This document shows, piece after piece, positions 9,200 through 19,882 of a stretch of 64,000 nucleotides of DNA. The notes under the pieces are model-generated. The model saw only the letters and a program-made list of their open reading frames with translations, was not told where the DNA came from and did not search any database. Location of the stretch: positions 992 through 64,991 of the forward strand of contig JBBSBE010000007.1 of assembly GCA_038251625.1 (NCBI GenBank), given 5' to 3'. Made by a program: the position numbers and the translations under genes. The DNA comes from Rhodobacterales bacterium. GTDB lineage: Bacteria; Pseudomonadota; Alphaproteobacteria; Rhodobacterales; Rhodobacteraceae. Numbering within the stretch: position 1 is the stretch's first letter; every line of letters starts with the position of its first letter.

Positions 9200-10219
9200 G
9201 TGCCACGCTTGGACATCCTGAACGCCCTTGTGGCCTTTCTCAACTTCGTCTTCGTCCCCGCCGTCGCCTATGCGGCGCAGTTGTCCCTTGGGGCGCTTGG
9301 AGTGACGCTGATCTACGGGATCCTGCGGTTTTCCAACTTCGCCCATGGTGACACGATGGCATTCGGCACGATGGTCACGATCCTGCTGACCTGGTGGCTG
9401 CAATCCATGGGCATCAGCTTCGGCCCGCTGCCGACGGCGTTGCTGGCGCTGCCTGTGGGCATTGCGGTGACGGCTCTTTTCCTTTTGGGCACCGACCGCG
9501 TGGTCTATCGCTTCTACCGCGCCCGCCGCGTGGCGCCGGCGATCCTCGTCATCGTGTCGCTGGGCGTGATGTTCGTGATGAACGGCCTTGTGCGTTTCAT
9601 CATCGGCACCGAGACGCAGGGCTTTGCGGATGGCACGCGCTTTGTCATCACGGCGGGCGATTTCAAGACGATGACGGGCTTGCAGGAGGGCCTCGCCATC
9701 CGGGGCACGCAGGTCGTGACGTTGGTGACGGCGGCCATCGCGGTGGCGCTGCTCTTCTGGTTTCTGGAAAAGACCCGCACCGGCAAATCCATGCGCGCCT
9801 TTGCCGATAACGAGGATCTGGCGCTGCTGTCGGGCATCAACCCCGAGCGCGTGGTACAGGTTACATGGATCATCGCAGCGGCCCTCGCCACCACCGCCGG
9901 GGTGCTTTACGGGCTGGACAAAAGCTTTAACCCCTTCACCTATTTCCAGCTTCTTCTGCCCATCTTCGCCGCCGCCATTGTTGGCGGCCTCGGCTCACCG
10001 CTCGGGGCCATCGCGGGCGGGTTCATCATCGCCTTTTCGGAGGTGGGCGTGACCTATGCGTGGAAAAAGGTGCTGGGGTATCTGATGCCCGAAAGCCTTG
10101 CCCCCGATGGCCTCGTGCAGCTCATGTCCACCGACTACAAGTTCGCGGTCAGCTTCACGATCCTCATCATCGTGCTGCTGTTCATGCCCACCGGGCTGTT
10201 CAAGGGGAAAGCCGCATGA
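9200..10219 (+). CDS. Branched-chain amino-acid ABC transporter permease, LivH-like
   Basis: 339-aa polytopic ORF with ..LSLGALGVTLIYGILRFSNFAHGD.. typical of the LivH family. Confidence 0.85.
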   Translation: MPRLDILNALVAFLNFVFVPAVAYAAQLSLGALGVTLIYGILRFSNFAHGDTMAFGTMVTILLTWWLQSMGISFGPLPTALLALPVGIAVTALFLLGTDRVVYRFYRARRVAPAILVIVSLGVMFVMNGLVRFIIGTETQGFADGTRFVITAGDFKTMTGLQEGLAIRGTQVVTLVTAAIAVALLFWFLEKTRTGKSMRAFADNEDLALLSGINPERVVQVTWIIAAALATTAGVLYGLDKSFNPFTYFQLLLPIFAAAIVGGLGSPLGAIAGGFIIAFSEVGVTYAWKKVLGYLMPESLAPDGLVQLMSTDYKFAVSFTILIIVLLFMPTGLFKGKAA

Positions 10220-11514
10220 ACCTGCGCACCATCGGCCTTTTTGCGTTCGTGGCGCTGCTTTTTGTCGGAACGGGCGAATTGCAAAGCTGGACGCTGTCGC
10301 TGACGATCCTGAATATGGCGCTGGTCTCGGCCGTGATGGCGCTTGGCGTCAACATGCAGTGGGGCTACGCGGGGCTTTTCAATGTGGGCGTCATGGGGTT
10401 CGTGGCGCTGGGGGGGCTGGCGGTGGTGCTGGTCTCTGCCGCGCCGGTGCCTGAAGGGTGGGCGGCGGGAGGATGGCAAATCCTGCTGGGACTTGCGATG
10501 TTTGCAGCGACGGTGGCGGCGGGCGTGATCCTCTATCGCCGGATGCCACGGGGGCGGAAGCGCAATGCCGCGCTGGTTGTCGTGCTGGTGGGGGGCTACT
10601 TTCTGGCGCGCGCCGTTTACGACCCCGCCGTGGCGGCGGTCGAGGCGTTCGATCCGGCGACGGCAGGAAACATCGGCGGGCTTGGCCTGCCGATCCTGTT
10701 GGCTTGGCCTGTGGGTGGCCTTCTGGCCGCTGCCGCCGCCTGGGCCATCGGCAAGACCGCGCTTGGCCTGCGATCGGACTATCTGGCCATCGCGACGCTG
10801 GGGATCGCCGAAATCATCATCGCCCTTCTGAAGAACGAGGACTGGCTGGCGCGCGGCGTGAAGAACGTGATTTCGTTGCCCCGGCCCGTGCCTTACGAGG
10901 TGAACCTGCAGCAGAACCCCGATTTTCTGGCCTGGGCTGCGTGGGTGGGAACCGACCCGGTTACCTTCTCTTCGATCTTCGTCAAGCTTTGCTATGCGGC
11001 GCTTTTCCTTGTCGTCCTTTTGCTCGTGATCTGGCTGTCCGAACGCGCGCTGAACTCGCCGTGGGGCCGGATGATGCGCGCCATCCGCGACAATGAGGTC
11101 GCGTCAGAGGCGATGGGGAAGGATGTGACCCGGCGCCACTTGCAGGTGTTCATCCTCGGATCGGCCGTGATCGGCATCGCGGGGGCGATGATGACCACGC
11201 TCGACAGCCAGTTGACGCCGTCAAGCTACACGCCGCTGCGCTATACGTTCCTCATCTGGGTGATGGTGATCGTGGGCGGATCGGGCAACAACTGGGGATC
11301 GGTTCTGGGTGGGTTCCTGATCTGGTGGCTGTGGGTGATGGTTGAGCCGATCGGGCTTGGCATCATGGCGGCGGTGACGTCGGGGATGCCCGATGGAAGC
11401 TGGCTCAAGGCGCATCTGCAGGACGGGGCCGCGCAGATGCGGCTTCTGACGATGGGGGTGATCCTGCTTCTGGTGTTGCGGTTCAGCCCCCGGGGGCTGA
11501 TACCGGAGAAGTGA
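10216..11514 (+). CDS. Branched-chain amino-acid ABC transporter permease, LivM-like
   Basis: ORF 10060..11514 trimmed to ATG 10216 (ATGA overlap with LivH-like). MNLRTIGLFAFVALLF.., GLNMQWGYAGLFNVG, RSDYLAIATLGIAEI and RAIRDNEVASEAMGK blocks are present. Confidence 0.85.
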   Translation: MNLRTIGLFAFVALLFVGTGELQSWTLSLTILNMALVSAVMALGVNMQWGYAGLFNVGVMGFVALGGLAVVLVSAAPVPEGWAAGGWQILLGLAMFAATVAAGVILYRRMPRGRKRNAALVVVLVGGYFLARAVYDPAVAAVEAFDPATAGNIGGLGLPILLAWPVGGLLAAAAAWAIGKTALGLRSDYLAIATLGIAEIIIALLKNEDWLARGVKNVISLPRPVPYEVNLQQNPDFLAWAAWVGTDPVTFSSIFVKLCYAALFLVVLLLVIWLSERALNSPWGRMMRAIRDNEVASEAMGKDVTRRHLQVFILGSAVIGIAGAMMTTLDSQLTPSSYTPLRYTFLIWVMVIVGGSGNNWGSVLGGFLIWWLWVMVEPIGLGIMAAVTSGMPDGSWLKAHLQDGAAQMRLLTMGVILLLVLRFSPRGLIPEK

Positions 11515-11515
11515 C

Positions 11516-12100
11516 CTAAAGAAACCAGATGGCGAGACCGACAGTAACGCCCGCCATTGCATAGCCCAGGAGCGTGGCAAGCCCATCGCGGCGCATGAGG
11601 CCAAGTCCGATGGCTAGCACGCCCACCGCAGGCGCCTGAACCCCCCAAGGGATGATTGCCAGCGGCACCATGGCGACGCCCAGAAGCGCCGCAGCCAGCG
11701 CAGCCATCGTGCGCCGGGATTGGCCCTCGACCAGAAAGGTCAGCCGCTTGTGCAGGTGCCGGTCGATCCAGTTCGCCACGGGCCGCGATTTTTTTAGCGC
11801 CTTGTCGAACGTCGCGTTGTCGATCTTCTGTTTGCGCAGGAAACCGGGCAGCCACAGCCCGCTGCGCCCGAGAAAGGATTGCCCAACGGTCATTGCGATC
11901 AGCACCGCCACGACGACCGAAACCCCCGGCAACGCGCCGATGACAGGCAGCGCCGCGATGAGGCCGAGGACGGCGAGCAGAAACCCAAGCGAGCGATCCT
12001 CGATCCGGTCGAGCACCTCACCCACTTTTGCGCCGTTCTGTGAATTCGCCTGCGACAGATCATCAAAGAGATCGCCGATTGAATTTGCGGTGTCGCCCAT
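11516..12100 (-). CDS. Exopolysaccharide synthesis protein ExoD family (membrane)
   Basis: ORF 11516..12220 trimmed to ATG 12100 (MGDTANSIGDLFDDL..RSLGFLLAVLGLIAALP..). Length and TM layout are typical of ExoD. Confidence 0.7.
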   Translation of the reverse strand: MGDTANSIGDLFDDLSQANSQNGAKVGEVLDRIEDRSLGFLLAVLGLIAALPVIGALPGVSVVVAVLIAMTVGQSFLGRSGLWLPGFLRKQKIDNATFDKALKKSRPVANWIDRHLHKRLTFLVEGQSRRTMAALAAALLGVAMVPLAIIPWGVQAPAVGVLAIGLGLMRRDGLATLLGYAMAGVTVGLAIWFL

Positions 12101-12182
12101 TGGCCGATGTCTCTTTCCGTGACTTCTGCCAAGGTAACCCATGGGGCGGGGCGTAGTTCCCCATTTCCTGTGTAGCCGTGCG

Positions 12183-13754
12183 TCAGTCCGTGCGGAAAGA
12201 CCCCGGAGAAGAAAGCGCATCTGCAGGCCAAAGCCCCATGTTGCGCCCGTTGTAGCGGATCACCTCTTGCGGCGGGGCGGTGATGCGGGCGCGTGAGACG
12301 GGGCCGATGACCAGCCCGTCCGGATGATCCGCCACCCATCGGTCAAGCGCTACGGCATCCTGCGGCAGGTCCACCGGATGGCGCAGCCGGGCCGCGAAGT
12401 TGAATTCGGCGTTATAGGGCATACCGACCAAGGCCACATCCGGCGCCGCCGCCACGCGTTCTGCAAGGTGGTGGATGCGGTAGACGGTCGAAAGCCCGGT
12501 CGATGCGACCAGTCCATGCAGGCAAAGCGCAAGCCCCGCTCCCGCTGCCACCTGCCCGGCGAGAAAGGGCAAGCGCAGCGACAGGATCGCCACGGCAAGG
12601 CAGGCCAGCCCGAACCCGGCCATCCCGACCACATGCCCGGCAAGTGCATCGACCGAAACCGGGATCAGCCCCGCCGCTGCCGCCAGCGCGGCCAGCCCCA
12701 TCCCTGTGGGCAGCAGAAAGGCGGCCGATCCGCCCCGGGCCTGCGCAGCCATTCCCGTCGCCGTCATCGCGCGCCCGACCAGCAGTGCCACCGCCGGAAA
12801 GGCCGGGATCAGGTAATGCGCCTGCTTGCCGCTGATGAGCGAGAAGAGGACAAGCGACGATAGCGCCCAGATGGCACAGAGCCGCCCCGCCGCATCTGCC
12901 CGCGCCGCCGCGACCGCCCGGGGCCAGAGGCGCCATGACCAGGCAAAGGGGAAAAGAAGCAGCGGAAGCAGTGCTGCCAGAAACCAGACGGGGCGATCAT
13001 GGGCCAGCCCGCCCGCCACCCGGTCTGCCGTCTGTGTCCACAAGAGTTCGTGGCGGAACGCGGCATCGCCGGTCAGAAGCGCAGGCACCAGCCACACGGC
13101 AACCAGCGCCAGCGCCACAAGCAGCGCCAGCCCAACGCCGCCCAGCACCGCGCGAACCTTCGGCACCTGTGGCGCCCAGAACCGCATCAGCAGAAGCGGC
13201 GGCAGCAGGAAGACGGCGATCACCGGCCCCTTGGCATAGATGCCCGCCGCCAGCGCCACGCCAAAGAGCGCCCAAAGCCGGGCGCCGCCCTCGCCCTGCC
13301 CCATCCGCCACAAAAGCCCCAGGCCCGCAACGACCGGCAGCGCCAGCAGCGCGTCGAACATCGTGGCCCCGCCGTACAGCAGAAAGACCGTCATCCCCGC
13401 CATCACCAGCGCCACCCGCAGGTCCAGCCCCAACTCGCCGGGCCATAGCCGCCGCGACAGCCGCGCGGTCATCCAGACCGTGGCCACCGCACAGGCAGGT
13501 CCGACAAGGCGCCCGGCCACCTCGGACACGCCCGTGGCCAGCCAGACCAGATTGATCATCCAGAACAAAAGCGGCGGTTTGTGGGTGTAGCTGGCGAAAT
13601 TGCGGGTCAGATGGAAGGGATCGCCTGACAGGTGCATCTCCCACGCGACGGCCAGATAGCGGGTCTCATCAATGGGCAAAAGCGGGCGCAAAAGAACCTG
13701 CGCAAGCAGAAGGGCGGAAAGCCCGGCCAGAACCATCCAAAGACGAAGTGCCAT
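12183..13754 (-). CDS. ArnT-like / family 39-83 glycosyltransferase (dolichyl-phosphate-mannose-protein mannosyltransferase-like), polytopic membrane
   Basis: 523-aa ORF. The N-terminal block PIDETRYLAVAWEM...KPPLLFW is characteristic of undecaprenyl-phosphate-sugar-dependent GT-C enzymes. Confidence 0.75.
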   Translation of the reverse strand: MALRLWMVLAGLSALLLAQVLLRPLLPIDETRYLAVAWEMHLSGDPFHLTRNFASYTHKPPLLFWMINLVWLATGVSEVAGRLVGPACAVATVWMTARLSRRLWPGELGLDLRVALVMAGMTVFLLYGGATMFDALLALPVVAGLGLLWRMGQGEGGARLWALFGVALAAGIYAKGPVIAVFLLPPLLLMRFWAPQVPKVRAVLGGVGLALLVALALVAVWLVPALLTGDAAFRHELLWTQTADRVAGGLAHDRPVWFLAALLPLLLFPFAWSWRLWPRAVAAARADAAGRLCAIWALSSLVLFSLISGKQAHYLIPAFPAVALLVGRAMTATGMAAQARGGSAAFLLPTGMGLAALAAAAGLIPVSVDALAGHVVGMAGFGLACLAVAILSLRLPFLAGQVAAGAGLALCLHGLVASTGLSTVYRIHHLAERVAAAPDVALVGMPYNAEFNFAARLRHPVDLPQDAVALDRWVADHPDGLVIGPVSRARITAPPQEVIRYNGRNMGLWPADALSSPGSFRTD

Positions 13755-13967
13755 CCAACATGCCCCAGCGTTGCCCGAAATCCGGATCGGACAGGCCTAA
13801 GCCGAGCCGCCCCGAGGCGCAATCCCGGGCGCGCCGTGCCCATCTTGCGACCTGCCCCGGCAATATACGGCTGAGCCATTCTTTGCGACATTTGGTGTCG
13901 GTGTCTGGCATGATCCTACGGGATACTCCGTCCAGTTTGCCCCAAACACGTGTTGCAAGGACCTGAC

Positions 13968-16388
13968 ATGAAATCCCATACCCGCGTTGTGGTCATCGGC
14001 GGCGGCGTCGTCGGCTGTTCGGTTCTTTACCACCTGACCAAGCTTGGCTGGTCTGATGTCACGCTGATCGAGCGGTCGGACCTGACCAGCGGGTCCACCT
14101 GGCACGCAGCGGGCGGCTTTCATACGCTGAACGGCGACACGAACATGGCTGCACTGCAGGGCTATACCATCCGGCTTTACAAGGAGTTGGAGGCGATCAC
14201 CGGCATGTCCTGCGGATTGCATCATGTGGGCGGCATCACACTGGCCGACAATCAGGCCCGGTTCGAGATGCTGAAGGCCGAACGCGCCAAGCACCGCTAC
14301 ATGGGGCTGGATACCGAGATCCTGGGGCCGGACGAAATCCACAAGCTGACCGATGGCATGGTCAACCTCGAAGGCATCATCGGCGCGCTTTACGATCCCC
14401 TCGACGGTCACCTCGATCCATCGGGCACCACCCATGCCTATGCCAAGGCCGCGCGGATGGGCGGGGCCGAGATCATCCTGCACAACCGCGTGCTGTCGAC
14501 CACGCCGCACCCCGAAGGATGGGAAGTGGTGACGGAGAAGGGCACCATCATCTGCGAACACCTTGTCAATGCTGCCGGTCTCTGGGCGCGCGAGGTCGGG
14601 GCGATGGCGGGGGTTTATCTGCCCTTGCTGCCCATGGCCCACCAGTATCTGGTGACGGACGACATCCCCGAAATCGTGGATATCCTTAAATCGGGCCGGG
14701 AGTTTCCCCATGTGATGGATCCCGGCGGCGAAAGCTATCTGCGGCAGGAAGGCCGGGGCCTTTGCATCGGCTTCTACGAAAAGCCCTGCGAGCCGTGGAG
14801 CCTTGATGGCACGCCATGGGGCTTTGGGCACGAGTTGCTGAACGAGCAATACGACAAGATCGAAGATTCGGTGAACTTCGCCTACCGCCGCTTTCCGGTG
14901 CTGGAACGCACCGGCGTGAAGCGCGTGATCCACGGCCCCTTCACCTTTGCCCCCGATGGCAACCCGCTGGTCGGCCCGGTGCAGGGCCTGCGCAACTACT
15001 GGTCGGCCTGCGCCGTTATGGCAGGCTTCAGCCAGGGCGGCGGCATGGGCCTCGCGTTGGCGCAATGGATGATCGAGGGCGAGGTTGAACGCGACCCGCG
15101 CGGCTTTGACGTTTCGCGCTTTGGCACCTGGACCAGCCCCGGTTACACCGTGCCGAAGGTGATCGAGAACTATCAGATGCGGTTCAGCGTGAGTTACCCG
15201 AATGAGGAACGCCCCGCCGCCCGCCCCTTTCGCACGACGCCGATGTATGAGGTTTTCGACGGCATGAACGCCGTCTGGGGCCAGCAATACGGGCTGGAGG
15301 TGGTGAACTACCACGCCCTGCCCGGCGAGCCCCGCTATGAGGAGCCCAGCTTCAAGCGGTCGAACGCATGGGAGGCGACGCGTCAGGAAGTGATGGCGGT
15401 GCGCGAGGGCGTCGGCATCAACGAGGTGCAGAATTTCGGCAAATACCGCGTGACGGGGCCGAAAGCGCGCGAATGGCTCGACCGGATCATGGCCGGGCTT
15501 ATCCCCAGGCCCGGGCGCCTCAGCCTGACCCCGATGCTGGCGCATTCGGGCAAGATCATCGGCGATTTCACCGTATCCTGCCTTGGCGAGCAGGAATTCC
15601 AGCTGACCGCCAGCTATGGCGCGCAAGGTTGGCACGGGCGCTGGTTCGAGCAGAACGCGATGGAGGGGGTTCATGTCGAGAACATCTCGGACGCGCGGTC
15701 GGGGTTCCAGATTGCCGGGCCAAAGGCACGCGCGCTTCTGGCCCGCGTGACCCGCTCGGACGTCTCTGCGGAAGCGTTCCGGTTCATGGATGTGAAACCG
15801 ATGACCGTGGGCATGGCAAAATGCATCGTCCAGCGCGTCAGCTATACCGCCGATCTGGGCTATGAGATCTACTGCGATCAGATGTCGGTGCGTCACCTTT
15901 GGGATACGCTGACGGCTGCCGGCCGCGATCTTGGCCTGCGCCCGTTCGGCATGCGTGCGATGATGTCGCTGCGGCTCGACAAGTGGTTCGGTTCATGGGG
16001 CCGCGAGTTCAGCCCCGATTATACCCCGGCCGAGACGGGCCTTGACCGCTTCATCCGCTGGAACAAACCCACCGACTGGATCGGCAAGGCCGCAGCCACG
16101 GCGGAAAAGGCCGCGGGGCCGAAGCGGCGGCTGGTCAGCTTTATCGTTGATGCCGCCGATGTGGATGTCGTGGCGTGGGAGCCTATCTGGCTGGACGGCG
16201 CGGTTGTGGGGTTCTGCACCTCGGGTGGCTTTTCGCACACCACGGGACAGTCGGTCGCCATGGGCTTTCTGCCCGCTGACCAGGCAGAGGATGGGGCCAC
16301 CGCCGAGATCGAGATTCTGGGCGAACGGCGCCCTGCGCGGGTTCAAATGGCCCCCCTCTGGGATGACGGTGGGCGAATGCGCGCCTGA
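13968..16388 (+). CDS. FAD-dependent oxidoreductase with C-terminal GcvT-like folate-binding domain (dimethylglycine/sarcosine dehydrogenase family)
   Basis: ORF 13950..16388; likely start MKSHTRVVVIGGGVVGCSVLYHL (FAD GxGxxG). It has STWHAAGG and a C-terminal aminomethyltransferase-like region (..YTADLGYEIY..). Confidence 0.85.
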   Translation: MKSHTRVVVIGGGVVGCSVLYHLTKLGWSDVTLIERSDLTSGSTWHAAGGFHTLNGDTNMAALQGYTIRLYKELEAITGMSCGLHHVGGITLADNQARFEMLKAERAKHRYMGLDTEILGPDEIHKLTDGMVNLEGIIGALYDPLDGHLDPSGTTHAYAKAARMGGAEIILHNRVLSTTPHPEGWEVVTEKGTIICEHLVNAAGLWAREVGAMAGVYLPLLPMAHQYLVTDDIPEIVDILKSGREFPHVMDPGGESYLRQEGRGLCIGFYEKPCEPWSLDGTPWGFGHELLNEQYDKIEDSVNFAYRRFPVLERTGVKRVIHGPFTFAPDGNPLVGPVQGLRNYWSACAVMAGFSQGGGMGLALAQWMIEGEVERDPRGFDVSRFGTWTSPGYTVPKVIENYQMRFSVSYPNEERPAARPFRTTPMYEVFDGMNAVWGQQYGLEVVNYHALPGEPRYEEPSFKRSNAWEATRQEVMAVREGVGINEVQNFGKYRVTGPKAREWLDRIMAGLIPRPGRLSLTPMLAHSGKIIGDFTVSCLGEQEFQLTASYGAQGWHGRWFEQNAMEGVHVENISDARSGFQIAGPKARALLARVTRSDVSAEAFRFMDVKPMTVGMAKCIVQRVSYTADLGYEIYCDQMSVRHLWDTLTAAGRDLGLRPFGMRAMMSLRLDKWFGSWGREFSPDYTPAETGLDRFIRWNKPTDWIGKAAATAEKAAGPKRRLVSFIVDAADVDVVAWEPIWLDGAVVGFCTSGGFSHTTGQSVAMGFLPADQAEDGATAEIEILGERRPARVQMAPLWDDGGRMRA

Positions 16389-16405
16389 GGCCCCTTTGTG
16401 GGCCT
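16388..16405 (+). terminator. Short hairpin AGGCCC-N6-GGGCCT immediately after the dehydrogenase stop codon (weak terminator candidate, no T-tract)
   Basis: Read directly from the sequence at 16388-16405. Confidence 0.25.
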
Positions 16406-16477
16406 GCCGTTCGGCACTATCCTGAGCGTGGCGAAGAGGCAAACGCCGCCGCCGGCCCGTTCTGCAGGAACCCCGCC

Positions 16478-17074
16478 ATGACCGCGATCCTGATCCTTGC
16501 TGCCGGCACATCGTCCCGCATGAGGGGGCGCGACAAGCTGCTTGAGACGGTCGCTGGCGAGCCGATCCTGCGCCGCAACGCGCGCATTGCATCGTACACG
16601 GGCGCGGCTGTCATCGTGGTCCTGCCGCCGGATCGGCCCCAGCGCGGGCAGGCGTTGGCGGGGTTGTCCGTGCGGACCGTGATCGCCGATGATGCGGGCG
16701 ACGGGATGGCCGCCTCTCTCAAGGCGGGGTTGCGGGCGGCGCTGCCCATTCTGGCTTCTTCCGTGATGATCCTGCCCGCCGACATGCCGGGGTTCACAAC
16801 CGAGATGCTGGCGGGGATGCTGGCGGATGCGCGGGCGCACCCCGATGCCATCCTGCGCGGGACGACACCCGAGGGGCGCATGGGGCATCCCGCGATCTTT
16901 CCAGCAGACCTTTTTCCCGATCTTCTGGCCCTCGACGGTGACGAAGGTGGCCGCTCGATCCTCGCGGCACACGCCTCCCGGCTGCGGCTTTTCCCGTTGC
17001 CCGGCGATGCGGCAATCCTCGATCTCGACACGCCGGAAGACTGGGATGCGTTTCGCGCGCGCGCTGCACCCTAG
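16478..17074 (+). CDS. MobA-like NTP-transferase family protein (molybdenum-cofactor cytidylyl/guanylyltransferase-like)
   Basis: 198-aa ORF with MTAILILAAGTSSRMRGRDKLL, the typical N-terminal nucleotide-binding motif. Confidence 0.7.
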   Translation: MTAILILAAGTSSRMRGRDKLLETVAGEPILRRNARIASYTGAAVIVVLPPDRPQRGQALAGLSVRTVIADDAGDGMAASLKAGLRAALPILASSVMILPADMPGFTTEMLAGMLADARAHPDAILRGTTPEGRMGHPAIFPADLFPDLLALDGDEGGRSILAAHASRLRLFPLPGDAAILDLDTPEDWDAFRARAAP

Positions 17075-17137
17075 GCTGCGCCCTTGTTGCGCACCGCCCC
17101 CTCGTCTAAGCAGAAAGAGCCGGGCCAAGGGGGACGC

Positions 17138-17923
17138 ATGCGCATTCTGATCACCAACGACGATGGCATCAACGCGCCGGGCCTCGCCGTGCTGACCGAG
17201 ATTGCCGAGGCGATTGCGGGACCGAAGGGTGAGGTCTGGACGGTCGCGCCCGCGTTCGAGCAATCGGGCGTGGGGCATTGCATCAGCTATACCCATCCGA
17301 TGATGATCGCCGAACTTGGGCCCCGCCGGTTCGCGACCGAAGGCAGCCCCGCCGATTGCGTGCTGGCCGCCCTTTATGATGTGATGAAGGGCGCGCCGCC
17401 CGATCTGGTCCTGTCGGGTGTGAACCGGGGCAACAATGCAGGCGAGAACGTGCTTTATTCGGGCACCATCGGTGGCGCGATGGAGGCGGCGCTGCAGGGC
17501 CTGCCCGCCATCGCGCTTAGCCAGTTTCTGGGGCCCAAGACCGAAGGCCTTGCCGATCCGTTCGAAGGTGCGCGACAGCACGGCGCGGGCGTGGTGCGGG
17601 CGCTTCTGGATCAGGGCATGTGGAATGGCGATGATTACCGGTTGTTCTACAACGTGAATTTCCCGCCCTTCCCAGCAGACGATGTGAAAGGGCGCAAGGT
17701 CGTCGCCCAAGGGTTCCGGCGCGGCACGGCCTTTGGTGTCGAGCCGCACCTTTCGCCTTCGGGGCGGCGGTTTCTTTGGATCAAGGGGGGCGCGCAACAG
17801 GTGCGTACCCTGCCCGATACCGATGTCGCAACAAACATGGACGGCTATATTTCAGTCACCCCGATGCGCGCCGACCTGACCGCCCATGACACGCTTGCAG
17901 AGTTGGAGGCCCGGCTGGCATGA
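17138..17923 (+). CDS. surE: 5'/3'-nucleotidase SurE
   Basis: ORF 17084..17923 trimmed to ATG 17138. [16 protein letters not shown].. and SGVNRG.N.G..V.YSGT are present, followed by pcm. Confidence 0.9.
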   Translation: MRILITNDDGINAPGLAVLTEIAEAIAGPKGEVWTVAPAFEQSGVGHCISYTHPMMIAELGPRRFATEGSPADCVLAALYDVMKGAPPDLVLSGVNRGNNAGENVLYSGTIGGAMEAALQGLPAIALSQFLGPKTEGLADPFEGARQHGAGVVRALLDQGMWNGDDYRLFYNVNFPPFPADDVKGRKVVAQGFRRGTAFGVEPHLSPSGRRFLWIKGGAQQVRTLPDTDVATNMDGYISVTPMRADLTAHDTLAELEARLA

Positions 17924-18576
17924 CCGATGGCGCGCAGGGCGAAGAAGCGGAGCGCAAGATGCGCTTTCTCTTCGCGCTGCGCTCGCGGGGCGTGACCGAT
18001 CCGCGCGTCCTGACCGCGATGGAGCGGATCGACCGGGGCGCCTTTGTCACCGGGCTTTTCGCGGGACGCGCCTACGAGGACATGCCCCTTCCCATTGCCT
18101 GCGGCCAGACGATCAGCCAGCCCTCGATCGTCGGGCTGATGACGCAGGCGCTGGCCGTGAACCCGCGCGACACGGTGCTGGAGGTGGGCACAGGCTCTGG
18201 CTATCAGGCTGCGATCCTCAGCCAGCTTGCCCGCCGCGTCTACACCGTCGACCGCCATCGCCGCCTTGTGCGCGAGGCGATGGAGGTGTTCCGCCGCCTT
18301 GCGATCCCCAACATCACCGCACTTGCCGCCGATGGCAGCCACGGGCTGCCAGAGCAGGGGCCGTTCGACCGCATCCTTGTCACCGCCGCGGCCGAAGATG
18401 CACCCGGGCCCCTCTTGGCCCAGTTGAAGATCGGGGGTATCATGGTCTTGCCAGTGGGCCAGTCCGATGCCGTGCAAAGCCTGATAAAGGTATCGCGGGG
18501 CGAGGATGGGTTTCACTACGAAGAACTGCGCCCGGTGCGCTTTGTGCCTTTGATCGGCGGCATGGCCGCAGACTGA
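17920..18576 (+). CDS. pcm: Protein-L-isoaspartate O-methyltransferase
   Basis: 218-aa ORF with ATGA overlap with surE. It has ..[13 protein letters not shown].. and the SAM motif [13 protein letters not shown]. Confidence 0.9.
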   Translation: MTDGAQGEEAERKMRFLFALRSRGVTDPRVLTAMERIDRGAFVTGLFAGRAYEDMPLPIACGQTISQPSIVGLMTQALAVNPRDTVLEVGTGSGYQAAILSQLARRVYTVDRHRRLVREAMEVFRRLAIPNITALAADGSHGLPEQGPFDRILVTAAAEDAPGPLLAQLKIGGIMVLPVGQSDAVQSLIKVSRGEDGFHYEELRPVRFVPLIGGMAAD

Positions 18577-18648
18577 CGGCCCGGAGAGCGGGGCGAAACC
18601 AGAAAGCGCACCGGGGCCAACCCGGGCGAAACCAGCGAGGCCGAGCCG

Positions 18649-19809
18649 ATGCGTACCCCCCCTTCCCGCGTGACCGCTGCTGCGCTTTGCCTTGTCGCCA
18701 TCGCGGGCTGCAGGCCAGAGGGGCTGGACTGGGACCTGCGCAATCCGGGGCTTGGCAACACGACCGAAGCGGCACAGGGCGCAACGGCCAATCTACCAAC
18801 ACCCGACAGTCGTGGCGTTCTGTCCTACCCCGGCTATCAGGTGGCTCTGGCCCGGCGCGGCGACACGGTGCAGGCGGTGGCCAGCCGGGTCGGCGTGGAT
18901 GCGGCATCGCTGGCGCGGTTCAACGCCCTGCAGCCGGGTGACGGGCTGCGCGCGGGCGAGATCCTTGCGCTGCCCGGCCGCGTGTCCGAACCGCCCTTGG
19001 GTGCGGCAGGCAGCGGCATCGCGCAAGGCGCGATCATCGGCGGCGGCAATGCGACGGGCCCTATCGACGTGACAACGATTGCGGGCGGTGCGATCGACCG
19101 GGCCACCGGAACGCAGCCGCCGGCCGGGACAGAGCCGCAGCGCCACCGGGTGCTGCGCGGCGAAACAGCCTCGATCATCGCGCGGCAATACGGCGTCAGT
19201 ACGCGGGCGCTGGCGGATTGGAACGCGCTTGGGCCCGATCTTGTGGTGCGCGAAGGGCAGTTCCTGCTGATCCCGACAGCCGCCCAATCGGCCGCAGCCG
19301 CCCGCCCGACAGAGCCGCAACCGGGCCAAGGATCACCCACGCCGGTTCCGCCTTCGGCCAGCAAACCCTTGCCCGCCGACAATCCGCCCGCCGCATCGGC
19401 GGCAGCAACCGGCACCCCGGCCTCGCCCAACCTTGGCACCCAGCGAACCGGCGCTTCTGCCTCGCGGATGGGTCTGCCGGTCGATGGCAAGATCATTCGG
19501 GGCTTTGCCAAGGGCAAGAACGAAGGGATCGACCTTGCCGCCTCACCCGGCACGCCCGTCCGCGCGGCGGCCGATGGCACTGTGGCCGCGATCACAAAGG
19601 ATACGGAACAAGTGCCCATACTGGTGCTGCGCCACCCCGACGGGTTGCTGACCGTCTATGCCGGGATCGACCGCGTGAGCGTGGCCAAGGGCGCCACGGT
19701 GAAGCGCGGCCAGCAGATCGCCGTGATCCGGGCCGCGACGCCATCGTTCCTGCATTTCGAGGTACGAAAGGGCGTGGATGCGGTGGACCCGTCCGGCTAT
19801 CTGAACTGA
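18649..19809 (+). CDS. nlpD: LysM-domain / M23 peptidase lipoprotein (NlpD-like)
   Basis: 386-aa ORF with lipobox LVAIAGC, two LysM-like repeats (..YQVALARRGDTVQAVASRVGV.., HRVLRGETASIIARQYGVS) and a C-terminal M23 block (GIDLAA..GTPVRAAADGTV..HFEVRKG). It sits in the conserved surE-pcm-nlpD context. Confidence 0.85.
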   Translation: MRTPPSRVTAAALCLVAIAGCRPEGLDWDLRNPGLGNTTEAAQGATANLPTPDSRGVLSYPGYQVALARRGDTVQAVASRVGVDAASLARFNALQPGDGLRAGEILALPGRVSEPPLGAAGSGIAQGAIIGGGNATGPIDVTTIAGGAIDRATGTQPPAGTEPQRHRVLRGETASIIARQYGVSTRALADWNALGPDLVVREGQFLLIPTAAQSAAAARPTEPQPGQGSPTPVPPSASKPLPADNPPAASAAATGTPASPNLGTQRTGASASRMGLPVDGKIIRGFAKGKNEGIDLAASPGTPVRAAADGTVAAITKDTEQVPILVLRHPDGLLTVYAGIDRVSVAKGATVKRGQQIAVIRAATPSFLHFEVRKGVDAVDPSGYLN

Positions 19810-19821
19810 AGCTGCCCCCAT

Positions 19822-19839
19822 CCCCCTCCACCGAGGGGG
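19822..19839. terminator. Hairpin CCCCCTC-CACC-GAGGGGG between convergent nlpD and the DUF815 gene (bidirectional terminator candidate)
   Basis: Read directly; 7-bp G/C stem with a 4-nt loop. Confidence 0.35.
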
Positions 19840-19882
19840 GGCGATGGACGGGGGCGGTTTCCACCGGGTCATCAGGCGTGCG

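Noticed and set aside
13797-15896. 699-aa ORF antisense to the dimethylglycine-dehydrogenase-like gene
   Set aside because: This is a typical high-GC shadow ORF. Its product is Arg/Pro/Gly/His-rich with no recognisable motifs. The opposite strand encodes a protein with clear FAD and GcvT-like motifs.
17138-19809. surE-pcm-nlpD cluster as something unusual
   Set aside because: This is a widely conserved proteobacterial stationary-phase gene arrangement and looks ordinary.
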